Shown here piece after piece: positions 44,073 to 52,358 of a stretch of DNA of 64,000 nt (positions are counted from its first letter, which is position 1; every line of letters starts with the position of its first letter). The notes under the pieces were generated by a model. That model saw only the letters and a program-made list of their open reading frames with translations. It was not told the origin of the DNA and made no database searches. Source of the stretch: a virus; the IMG/VR virus record IMGVR_UViG_3300046318_000491, positions 32,001 to 96,000 of that record, one strand, 5' to 3'. The position numbers and the translations under genes were made by a program.

Positions 44073-45071
44073 CTAGTTTTTATTTGTTAGTAGAGACTTG
44101 ATTAGATTTAGTGAATGTTCCTTATTAGGGATGGATCTTAAATAATCCTCCCGCTGGGCTCGAGCAATGTCCAAACGCTCCTGGGCTGTAGCTTCTTCTA
44201 AGGTAGAACCTAGTAGATACCAATTCTGGGATAGCGAACCAGTATCTCGCCAATCAGAAACTATGGGGACACTAGCATTCAGAGCCTGAATATATCTATA
44301 GGACCACCAGGTTCCGACCCCCCTATCCTGAGGAGCAACCAACAGCCCAAAGCTTGAGGCAATTCGATCAAAGACCTGTTCATCAGTATCTCGAGGAGTT
44401 GACTTCAGAGGGATAGTTGGAAGACTAAGAAGTTTTTCTATCTTCTTGGTCCAAACGGAGCTAGGTGAGTCTGCCACCCAAAGGGGAGCGGGGGACTTAG
44501 CTGGCTTTGGTTCGGACAGTAGCATTGCATCCAGATTAATCCCGACTAAATTGTCTGACCCTTCTGTAGAAATAAACTTGCTGACTTCTTGGGCAGTCTT
44601 CCACGGGAGCTCCGGGTATATAGTCTTAGGCCAGGCAGAGTTAAGTAGCTTATATGCCGCGATTTGGATGCCGCTGGATATATCGGGGGTGGAGGCAATC
44701 TTGTATTCTCGCCTTTTAGAGTAAAACGGGGTAAATATGGTAGAGACATCACGTGCTACAGAGGCAAGGCTGGCCTTAAACTGCCACAGCTGAGGGTTAT
44801 CCACCACTAGGACGAGCTTTGATGAGTCATAAAGAGCATTGATAACATGCATAGCTCCGTAGACTTTATTGGCTCCTAGGCTAGTAGGCGGAACAAATCC
44901 CACTATGACAGAGTCATACTGGCTTAAAAATTCTTTAGTCCAAGTCACGCTTGGAGTAGCCCACTCTACAGTTGCGAAAGTCTCTACGGCCTTCACTAAG
45001 GTACCGAAAAAACTAGTATTTGTAGATGGCTTAGTGTGGGAGGAAGCCATTCCCGTTACAAGTACCTTCAT
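44073..45071 (-). CDS. Phage protein, possibly a GT-B-fold glycosyltransferase
   Basis: Start moved to ATG 45071 (AAAGGA SD). Rossmann-like MKVLVTG start and C-terminal GLLVAP....WWSYRYIQAL...PIV. Function tentative. Confidence 0.4.
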   Translation of the reverse strand: MKVLVTGMASSHTKPSTNTSFFGTLVKAVETFATVEWATPSVTWTKEFLSQYDSVIVGFVPPTSLGANKVYGAMHVINALYDSSKLVLVVDNPQLWQFKASLASVARDVSTIFTPFYSKRREYKIASTPDISSGIQIAAYKLLNSAWPKTIYPELPWKTAQEVSKFISTEGSDNLVGINLDAMLLSEPKPAKSPAPLWVADSPSSVWTKKIEKLLSLPTIPLKSTPRDTDEQVFDRIASSFGLLVAPQDRGVGTWWSYRYIQALNASVPIVSDWRDTGSLSQNWYLLGSTLEEATAQERLDIARAQREDYLRSIPNKEHSLNLIKSLLTNKN

Positions 45072-45092
45072 GTTAAATCCTTTGATGGAGCA

Positions 45093-45116
45093 GTGGGGCA
45101 CCTTTCGATGCCCCAC
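45093..45116 (-). terminator. GC-rich hairpin after the SSB-like gene (terminator or mRNA stabiliser)
   Basis: Minus strand GTGGGGCATC-GAAA-GGTGCCCCAC; no U tract. Confidence 0.55.
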
Positions 45117-45128
45117 CACAGTCGTCAT

Positions 45129-45677
45129 TTAGAACGGTGTATCTTCTGAAGCGCTAACAGGTGATGCAGGCGCTGGTGCTGGTGCCGGTGCTGGTGCTGG
45201 AGCAGCTGCTGCTGGAGCAGGAGCCGGAGCAGCAGGGGCAGCTGCAGCAGCAAATGCCTCACTCGCTACAGCCTGTACAGGGTAGTAGCTCTTGATTTCG
45301 TTGCTGCGGTTACCGTTGTAGGTACGAGTACCAATGTTTCCACGGAAGGTGCGGTGAAGCAGAGCAGACTCGATCTGAGCGTTGCTAGGATTGCTACCGA
45401 AGTACTCCTTGTTTAGACCAAGAACACCCATCTTCATGAAGAACATTCCAAGTGCCTTGTTGTTCTCAGGTGAGATAACAAGGTTGTCCCATACGCGACG
45501 CTTCGCGTGAGGACCACTCTGAACCTCGGTAGTGATCTTGAACATAGTCTTACCTGACTGAGACACGGTGGCCTTAGATTCGATAACCTTTAGTTCGTAG
45601 TCACCATCTGGTAGTGGCTCGTATGAAGCGGTTTCTCCCGCTTCCTTGACTAGGTCAGTCCAGTTAATTGAACTCAT
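45129..45677 (-). CDS. DUF669-family single-stranded DNA-binding-like protein
   Basis: YEPLPDGDY, SGKTM, G..AKRRVWD and Y.G...NEIK; Ala/Pro linker and acidic C-terminus EDTPF. Confidence 0.8.
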   Translation of the reverse strand: MSSINWTDLVKEAGETASYEPLPDGDYELKVIESKATVSQSGKTMFKITTEVQSGPHAKRRVWDNLVISPENNKALGMFFMKMGVLGLNKEYFGSNPSNAQIESALLHRTFRGNIGTRTYNGNRSNEIKSYYPVQAVASEAFAAAAAPAAPAPAPAAAAPAPAPAPAPAPASPVSASEDTPF

Positions 45678-45680
45678 GGT

Positions 45681-46466
45681 TTAGTTTCCTTCTGCTGTTG
45701 TAGCGGTTGTTTTCTTTGTTGTTGCTTTAGTCTTCTCACCGAAGACGATGTCTAGCATACGCTCGACACCGAGGTCCTGCTGCTCTACGATCTTACCGAG
45801 ACGCCCTTGAACACGTTCTCCAGCTTCCCATTCGGCCGTGCGCTCAACATACATGCGACGAACCTTATAAGCGGGCTGCATAGGGTCAGGGTTTGGCATA
45901 GTTTCTACCGTGATTGCGCCCAGAATGTCATAGAAGTACGGAGCCTGAATTGCTAGCTGACCCTGTAGATACGGACGGTATACACCATCAGTACCCTTAC
46001 GAGCCATAGCAGTCAGGATTACGGCCTCCAGAGGCTGGGTTGGGTGCATTGTCAAGTCGCGAAGGTCACGAAGTAGCGCACCCATGTGGCGAAGCAATTC
46101 GCCCCACTGCTGCATCTTCATCTGTTCGGTTCCTGCAATGTTGTCCATGCACTTGACCTGTAACTCAGAGATTGAGTCGATGATCAAAGACTTGAACTGG
46201 TGCTTGCCGCTTTGAAGCCACTGAAAGGCCTTCATAACGACTTCATAGTCGCGAACCTGGACCACTACTGTGTCCCAAGTGCCATCTGCAACAGGTGGCG
46301 CTTCGCTAATTGGATCCCAGTACTTAACGTTGATCGGGAGGAAACGGTGTCCACCCTCAACGTCGAGCATTAGGCGTGGGTACGGAGCTGTAACGGCAAA
46401 GCTGGACTTACCAACCTTGGATTCGCCATAAACCATAATTGTTAAACTGCGATCGACTTCCGACAT
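45681..46466 (-). CDS. AAA_24/Sak4-like P-loop NTPase (ssDNA annealing)
   Basis: MVYGESKVGKS, LDVEGG and IIDSISE; sits between the exonuclease and the SSB-like gene. Confidence 0.85.
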   Translation of the reverse strand: MSEVDRSLTIMVYGESKVGKSSFAVTAPYPRLMLDVEGGHRFLPINVKYWDPISEAPPVADGTWDTVVVQVRDYEVVMKAFQWLQSGKHQFKSLIIDSISELQVKCMDNIAGTEQMKMQQWGELLRHMGALLRDLRDLTMHPTQPLEAVILTAMARKGTDGVYRPYLQGQLAIQAPYFYDILGAITVETMPNPDPMQPAYKVRRMYVERTAEWEAGERVQGRLGKIVEQQDLGVERMLDIVFGEKTKATTKKTTATTAEGN

Positions 46467-46468
46467 TC

Positions 46469-47407
46469 CTACTCACTTCCTTTCTTCTCTTCGATTCCAT
46501 AGTAACCGTACGGGTCGGATGACTCGAACGCATCGCTAAGTGCTGCCTCTGCCGCCGAACCATCGTCGAACATCGGGCAAATAGCGAAGAACTGGCACTT
46601 CCACTTGCATTCACGGGAGGGCTTCGGGTAGGCAGCCTTCATGTGGCTGACTCCTTCGTCCAGTCCATCGCGAACGCGCATCATATCTTCCAGTGTGCCT
46701 TCAAGGCGCTGGTAGAAGGAGCGGAGTGCAAACTTATTGTGGCGAACCTCAATCTGGTCATAGAACGGTGGCTTAGCATAAGCACCGCGCTTAACCTTAC
46801 GAAGCATCGTGAAGATAGCGCCGTCTGAGCGTTCGCCATCCTGGTTTTGAGCTTCTTCTAGAAGCATGTAGGTTAGGACCTGCTCGTTCATGTGGGCGAT
46901 AGATCCAAACTCAGCGAACGAACCACCAACGGTCTTAAAGTCACGGAGCATACGAGCGCCGTCAATCTTACGACGAACACGCATATCGATCTTTCCCTGA
47001 AGCGTGACACGGCCATCTAGCATTGGACGCTCAATGACTTCTTCTGTAGAAATCATTTCAAGCTCTGCATCGATACCCTCAAGTTCAATCCACTCAAGGT
47101 AGCCCTCTAGCATTACGCGACCTAGTTCAGCTTCAGTCTCTAGCTCAGTCGAGTCCCGGCCGGAGTCAGTCAAAAGCTTCATATCAAGCTTGACTAGTTC
47201 TGCGTGAACTTCAAGCAGGTTCTTCTCCATGCCAGAGCTGTAGTACTGGTCTAGAGCCTCGTGAATACGAGAACCTAGTGCAAGAGCACCAGTAAAGTTC
47301 TGCATCTTTGGCTTTAGACGACGGTAGTAGGTCAGCCACCAGCGACGGCGACAGTCCTTGAAGGTCTGGATCTCTGAGTTAGAGATTCTAATTGGTGCAT
47401 TTGTCAT
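46469..47407 (-). CDS. PD-(D/E)XK exonuclease, Cas4/RecB-like
   Basis: SNSEIQTFKDCRRRW, GSRIHEAL, GKID...DFKT, Q...Y and C-terminal C...C.F..IC. Confidence 0.87.
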   Translation of the reverse strand: MTNAPIRISNSEIQTFKDCRRRWWLTYYRRLKPKMQNFTGALALGSRIHEALDQYYSSGMEKNLLEVHAELVKLDMKLLTDSGRDSTELETEAELGRVMLEGYLEWIELEGIDAELEMISTEEVIERPMLDGRVTLQGKIDMRVRRKIDGARMLRDFKTVGGSFAEFGSIAHMNEQVLTYMLLEEAQNQDGERSDGAIFTMLRKVKRGAYAKPPFYDQIEVRHNKFALRSFYQRLEGTLEDMMRVRDGLDEGVSHMKAAYPKPSRECKWKCQFFAICPMFDDGSAAEAALSDAFESSDPYGYYGIEEKKGSE

Positions 47408-49218
47408 TTTGTAGTTGCCTTGCTTTCTTTCAGCATCTTGAGCAGCTGTTCCTTATCACGAACAATCTGCTCAAAGTTGTCGGCTTTAGTGTCTAGAGCC
47501 TGAATCACTCGTTCTTCAATTGTGTTCTCGGTCACGTAGTCGGTAATAATCACCGAATCGTGGATCTCTGAACCAATACGGTGCACTCGGTCTAGAGCTT
47601 GCTTGTGGTCCACGAGTGACCACGGCCTTTGTAGCATAACAAGACGACGTGCAGTTGTCAAGGTGACACCGACACCACCAGCCTGAGCAGTGAAAAGAAT
47701 CCACTTAGTCTTGCCAGACTGGAAGTCATCAATAGACTTCTGACGCTCATCCTGATCCTGAGCGCCAGTGATTAGCCCGTGCGTAATGCCTTCTTTAGTA
47801 AGACGTGCACTAAGGATTTCAATCAGCTGACGCGATACAGCACAAACAGCTACGGAGTCATCTCCAAAGTCGCCGTTCTTCATATCATCCATCAGAGCAT
47901 CAACCTTACAAGAAGGGTCCGACAAAAGAACCTTTTCTTGACCTGACTCATCTACAGACACTTCCGCATATGAGCTAGATAGCTGAAGAAGGCGAAGAGT
48001 TTGAGTCAGAGGATTAGGCGCTACTACAGAGTCACCGATGCTACCGTCCTCGTTTTCAAGAAGTGTAATCATGTGCTCAAGCATCTGCTTGTAAGCCTTA
48101 GCCTGCTTAGCGCCCATCTCTACGTCTCGGCGTTCAGTAATCACTTCTGGCAACCATGGCAATACACGAGACTTCAACATGCGACGCATGCGTGGGTTGA
48201 TGGCTGCATAGAACTCCTGTTCCATGTGAGGCTTAACACCAATAACCATCATTCCGCCAAAGGCATTAATCATGGTGTCAATCATTCGGTCGATCCACTT
48301 AGTCTTTGATGGCCATTCGCTAGGAGCAATCCAGTGAAGGATTGGCCATAGATCAACAACATCTTTAGCAATAGGAGTACCAGTTAGAGCAAAGCGAATA
48401 TCGGCATCGCCAGATGCAGCCCAAAGGGCTCGGGTCTGCTTAGACTTAGGATCCTTTGAGCGGTGAATCTCATCGGCAACCACTGCTTTAAATGGGATGT
48501 CATTCAACTCACGCTGATGGACTTCGCAGCGGCTCGGTGTGATACGGGTATCATGACCCTTACATTCAGGACAACGAGCCAAAGCAATTGAGCCATAAGA
48601 TGACAACTTTGAGTGGGTGCGCAAAGACTCCCAGTTGATTACAATTACATCAGATTGCTGATCAAACTGAGCACGGCGCTGAGTAGCAGAGCCATTGATA
48701 ACAGTTACGTTTACTCCTGGCCACCAGCGATCAAACTCACGCTCCCAGTTCTTTTTAAGAGTGTTTGGGCAGACAATTAGGGCTGGAAAAACTTCCTCGC
48801 CTCGATCATGAAGCTTCTTTAGGGCACGAATCGCCTGAGCAGTTTTACCAAGGCCAGGCTCGTCAGCCAGTAGCGCACGGCGGGCAGTGGATAGGAACTC
48901 AACGCCAGCACGCTGATGTGGAAATAGGTCTTGATCCCCGTCTTCCATAACATCTATATCGCGCAACTCATTGGCGAGATCAACTCGATTAGCTTTCTCA
49001 TCTTTAGCCCATTGAGTCAGGTTAGGCCCTAAAACAAGCTCAGCCTTGAATGTAGACCTTAAAGCAAGGCAACCAGACCAGGACGTAGGAATACGCCAAA
49101 TCTGCTCCTTGGCGCTCCAGGAGGCTCCTGGAAGGCTCTTACAGAGCTCTTTTAGGCGCCATTCAGCGTTCACAATGATGTGCGAGCCTGATTCGTCTAG
49201 TTCTACAAAGACTGACAT
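47404..49218 (-). CDS. SNF2-family helicase
   Basis: LADEPGLGKT, DEIH, ALTGTP, GGVGVTLT and QALDRVHRIG. Confidence 0.92.
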   Translation of the reverse strand: MSVFVELDESGSHIIVNAEWRLKELCKSLPGASWSAKEQIWRIPTSWSGCLALRSTFKAELVLGPNLTQWAKDEKANRVDLANELRDIDVMEDGDQDLFPHQRAGVEFLSTARRALLADEPGLGKTAQAIRALKKLHDRGEEVFPALIVCPNTLKKNWEREFDRWWPGVNVTVINGSATQRRAQFDQQSDVIVINWESLRTHSKLSSYGSIALARCPECKGHDTRITPSRCEVHQRELNDIPFKAVVADEIHRSKDPKSKQTRALWAASGDADIRFALTGTPIAKDVVDLWPILHWIAPSEWPSKTKWIDRMIDTMINAFGGMMVIGVKPHMEQEFYAAINPRMRRMLKSRVLPWLPEVITERRDVEMGAKQAKAYKQMLEHMITLLENEDGSIGDSVVAPNPLTQTLRLLQLSSSYAEVSVDESGQEKVLLSDPSCKVDALMDDMKNGDFGDDSVAVCAVSRQLIEILSARLTKEGITHGLITGAQDQDERQKSIDDFQSGKTKWILFTAQAGGVGVTLTTARRLVMLQRPWSLVDHKQALDRVHRIGSEIHDSVIITDYVTENTIEERVIQALDTKADNFEQIVRDKEQLLKMLKESKATTK

Positions 49219-49243
49219 TTAAATCCTTTTTCGTTAGATAAAT

Positions 49244-49272
49244 ATATTATCAGAAAAAACAAAGTTTGACAA
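49244..49272 (-). promoter_or_regulatory. Candidate sigma-A promoter for the helicase/recombination operon
   Basis: TTGTCA-N17-TAATAT on the minus strand. Confidence 0.6.
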
Positions 49273-49290
49273 TGTTTTTTGATAATAACT

Positions 49291-49761
49291 TTATTTCAAT
49301 AAGTCTAGTGGCTTCCAACCGCTTTTGACAAGTCTTAGAAGACCGTGTCGGATTGCATCTATAGCGTGACCTTCGCCACCTCGGTGCCAGAATCCAATCT
49401 TCTTTAGGGCTTCATTTGGAAACATAGCCTTGGCATCAGCCGGACTTTGGAAATAGATATCATCTGGAGCACGACCAACATCCATAAGGCACTGCTTTAA
49501 GATCCCGATCTGCTCTAGCGAATAAGGAGCTTGGGAGTTACGCACGGTCTGAGCATTGATGGTGAATCGTTCGCAAACAACCTCGATGCCACCCTCTTCT
49601 GGACCATAAAGTGCTAACGCCTGGCGAATAGGCTTAGCATACTCATCCTGCTGAACCTCCTGAGACCAAAGAAGGATAGGCTCTCCTCCTGGCTCAAAAG
49701 AAAATAGTGCTAGTCCAGTAGCCTTACCTGGATCAACTGATAAAACCCATTTAGTAGTCAT
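49291..49761 (-). CDS. RuvC-like (RNase H fold) Holliday junction resolvase
   Basis: VLSVDPGKATG, VVCERF and H..DA..H. Confidence 0.75.
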   Translation of the reverse strand: MTTKWVLSVDPGKATGLALFSFEPGGEPILLWSQEVQQDEYAKPIRQALALYGPEEGGIEVVCERFTINAQTVRNSQAPYSLEQIGILKQCLMDVGRAPDDIYFQSPADAKAMFPNEALKKIGFWHRGGEGHAIDAIRHGLLRLVKSGWKPLDLLK

Positions 49762-51578
49762 TAGTACTTTTCTCCCCAGTTTTCTAGAGGTCCGTCAACG
49801 TCAGCAGTAAGAGGCACTGCCCAACCTTCGCGAGTAGTCATACACTCACGGACAATCTGTTTAATTTCTTCAGCGCTTTCACGCGGTGCATTCAAAACAA
49901 TTTCATCGTGCACCGGAACAATCAGCAGCTCTGTGAGATCAGCTTGATCTAGCTTTACTAGGTTTGATTTAAAGATCTCAGCTGCGCCACCCTGAATTAG
50001 GTAGTTGACCAAAGTATATACACGGTCCTCATCGCAAGGCAAGCGACGTCCAGTCCAAGTATTTACATAACCTTGACCTTCTTCACGAACGCGACGCATA
50101 CCGATATCTTCTACCTTCTTTTGGAATGTAGCCATACCGGGGAATCGCTTATCAAACTCATCGGATACCGCACGCATCTGGGTCTCCGGGACACCAGCAG
50201 TAAGTGCTTGCTTAGCAACACCAGCACCGTATAGACGCCCATAGACAACGCCCTTGATAAGGCCACGGCGCTTGTCAGACTTCTGCATCGTCGGATCTTG
50301 ATAGATCTCGCGACCGATTTCAGTAAACGGGTCAGAGCCAGTAGCATCTGCCAGATTAAATAGTTGGATAAGATTGGGATCCTGAGACAGCGTGGAGAAC
50401 ATGCGGAACTCAACCTGGTCAAGGTCAGAGGTGATGATTACGTGGTCATCATCCTTTGGAAGGAATGCACGGCGGACAGTGTCGTCACCCTTTGGAAGAG
50501 TCTGCAACGCGGGGTTCTGGATAGACATACGTCCAGTACGAGCACCCATGGTCTTAACAGATGGGTGGACAAACCCATTTACATTATCATTAATGAAGTT
50601 CGAGAAGTAAGTTGAAGCAAGCTTGTCAGCCTTACGCTGCTTTAAGACAGTTTCGGCAAGTTGCTTGACTTCAGGAGTGCCATCGCGAGCAAGAAGCTTT
50701 AACTGATCCGCGGATGCAGACTTAGCACCAGAGGGGGTGGTCTGGGTGATATTGGCTCCTAATGCCTCGAACTGGCGAACAAGCTGAGCATTACTTGTAA
50801 TTGATAGACCGTTGTAGCTATCCTTGCCCCACTGCTTAACTTGCTCGGTATAGTCGACGAGTTCTTGGTACTTACGCTTTGAGTAGTCAAGATCTAGACG
50901 CGCACCATTAAGCTCCATGCGAGTTACGATACGGCGGGTATTCATTTCAAGTTCATACGCTTGAGAGTACGGACGGCCGGGTGCGCACTTTTCCCAGAAC
51001 TGCTCGAATAGCTTCATAGTAAGAACAGTATCGAGAGCACCATAAGCCCAGTAAGGCTGGTAGTTGACCGGAACGGTGCCCCAGGTCCAACCATTCTTAA
51101 CCATGCCATCATCTAGCATCGATTGAGCGTTAGCAGCCTTAGCGTCCACATATTGAGAGGTTAGACGTTTCAAGGCACCAGACCCGAGTGGATCAATAAG
51201 ATGAGCCATGATCATGGTGTCGTGGGCCTGATGCCAAGGCATATCCCAGTCGGACTGAACATCAAACCAGCGGGCTTCGAAGGCAATGTTGTGGCAGACA
51301 ATAGGTCCGTCAAACTGATTCATACCTTGATAGAAGACGCCCTTCCAGTGATCCCATGGGATGGACCAGCCAGTCTTCGCGTCACCTACCTGAACAAGAC
51401 GTAGACGACCATGCCAAGGAGATAGCGCATCATCGCGCTTACCGCCTGGAAGTTCACCGGTTTCAGTATCAATAGCGATGGCGTCCATGGGGCGGCGTTC
51501 GCCTAACCATGTGAGAAATTTTTCGGCCTGCTCTACGCTATCTACTAGCTGTAGGCTGACTTCACCAAGTCCGCTCAT
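49761..51578 (-). CDS. polA: Family A DNA polymerase (3'-5' exonuclease plus polymerase; no 5'-3' exonuclease)
   Basis: IDTET, HNIAFE, YGALD, TGRMS..NP.LQ, DLDQVEFR (motif A), R...K...YG.LYG (B) and VHDEI (C). Confidence 0.95.
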   Translation of the reverse strand: MSGLGEVSLQLVDSVEQAEKFLTWLGERRPMDAIAIDTETGELPGGKRDDALSPWHGRLRLVQVGDAKTGWSIPWDHWKGVFYQGMNQFDGPIVCHNIAFEARWFDVQSDWDMPWHQAHDTMIMAHLIDPLGSGALKRLTSQYVDAKAANAQSMLDDGMVKNGWTWGTVPVNYQPYWAYGALDTVLTMKLFEQFWEKCAPGRPYSQAYELEMNTRRIVTRMELNGARLDLDYSKRKYQELVDYTEQVKQWGKDSYNGLSITSNAQLVRQFEALGANITQTTPSGAKSASADQLKLLARDGTPEVKQLAETVLKQRKADKLASTYFSNFINDNVNGFVHPSVKTMGARTGRMSIQNPALQTLPKGDDTVRRAFLPKDDDHVIITSDLDQVEFRMFSTLSQDPNLIQLFNLADATGSDPFTEIGREIYQDPTMQKSDKRRGLIKGVVYGRLYGAGVAKQALTAGVPETQMRAVSDEFDKRFPGMATFQKKVEDIGMRRVREEGQGYVNTWTGRRLPCDEDRVYTLVNYLIQGGAAEIFKSNLVKLDQADLTELLIVPVHDEIVLNAPRESAEEIKQIVRECMTTREGWAVPLTADVDGPLENWGEKY

Positions 51579-51604
51579 TTAAATCCTTATCAGTTTGGAG
51601 TATC

Positions 51605-51634
51605 ACTCTAACAAACTTGATAATAACTTGTCAA
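51605..51634 (-). promoter_or_regulatory. Candidate sigma-A promoter for polA
   Basis: TTGACA-N18-TAGAGT on the minus strand. Confidence 0.6.
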
Positions 51635-51652
51635 CCTGGCTTGGCGTGTCGT

Positions 51653-52123
51653 TTAAGGAATTATTTCGTAGCGGTAGATGTCAGCTATTGCAGGATCGTT
51701 TTTAGCTGCTTCTTCTAAAAGTCTTTGAGCAACGTTAGTCAGATAGCGTGCTCCACCGTCATCATACTTATAGAGCGCATCTAAAACTGCAGCTCCTTCC
51801 TCGGAAACTTGAGCCCAGAACCGATATTTTTCGGGAAAAACTAGTTCAGCTTCTTCGGATGGTTGGCACTCGGCGCAGGGTATGGCGTCTTTGGAGATAG
51901 AAGAGTACTCGACCTCACTGAGGCCATAACGCCTAACTAGCGTGCAGGCAGCTCCGTGAAATATTAAAGACACTCCAACTCGGGACAGGATGTAGGATCC
52001 GCTATCGGTTTTATATAGTTCAAACTCGATCCATCTGGTGGACCCGTACCTCCAGGAAGTAGATTTACCTAACAACTTCCCGTTGAATTGTAGGGTTCTT
52101 GCCCCGTCTTTTACCTCAAACAC
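51653..52123 (-). CDS. Hypothetical actinophage protein
   Basis: RW.E..LYKT..G.Y motif and H...C...C..C residues. Confidence 0.65.
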   Translation of the reverse strand: MFEVKDGARTLQFNGKLLGKSTSWRYGSTRWIEFELYKTDSGSYILSRVGVSLIFHGAACTLVRRYGLSEVEYSSISKDAIPCAECQPSEEAELVFPEKYRFWAQVSEEGAAVLDALYKYDDGGARYLTNVAQRLLEEAAKNDPAIADIYRYEIIP

Positions 52124-52305
52124 TATTTATCAGAGCTCTTGGCTTCTAGTGTTCGAACCTGGTGCTGAAGCTCGGCATTTTTTCGACGCTCTACAATTAG
52201 TAGTGCCTCTAGCTCAGCGGAAAGGCTCATCGCCTTTGCTAGCTGTTCCCGGGTAACGCCTAGTACGTTTCCTAGGATCTCTTGCTGGTCGTTCTTTTCA
52301 GTCAT
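52123..52305 (-). CDS. Small coiled-coil protein
   Basis: Start moved to ATG 52305 (GAAGGA SD); heptad-like C-terminal half. Confidence 0.55.
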   Translation of the reverse strand: MTEKNDQQEILGNVLGVTREQLAKAMSLSAELEALLIVERRKNAELQHQVRTLEAKSSDK

Positions 52306-52358
52306 TTGTCTTCCTTCATAGGTATGTTTCAATTATATTTATACTTTAAACCGGCTAT

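Noticed and set aside
46469-47407. cas4 as part of a CRISPR-Cas locus
   Set aside because: No array or other cas genes; the context is a phage recombination module.
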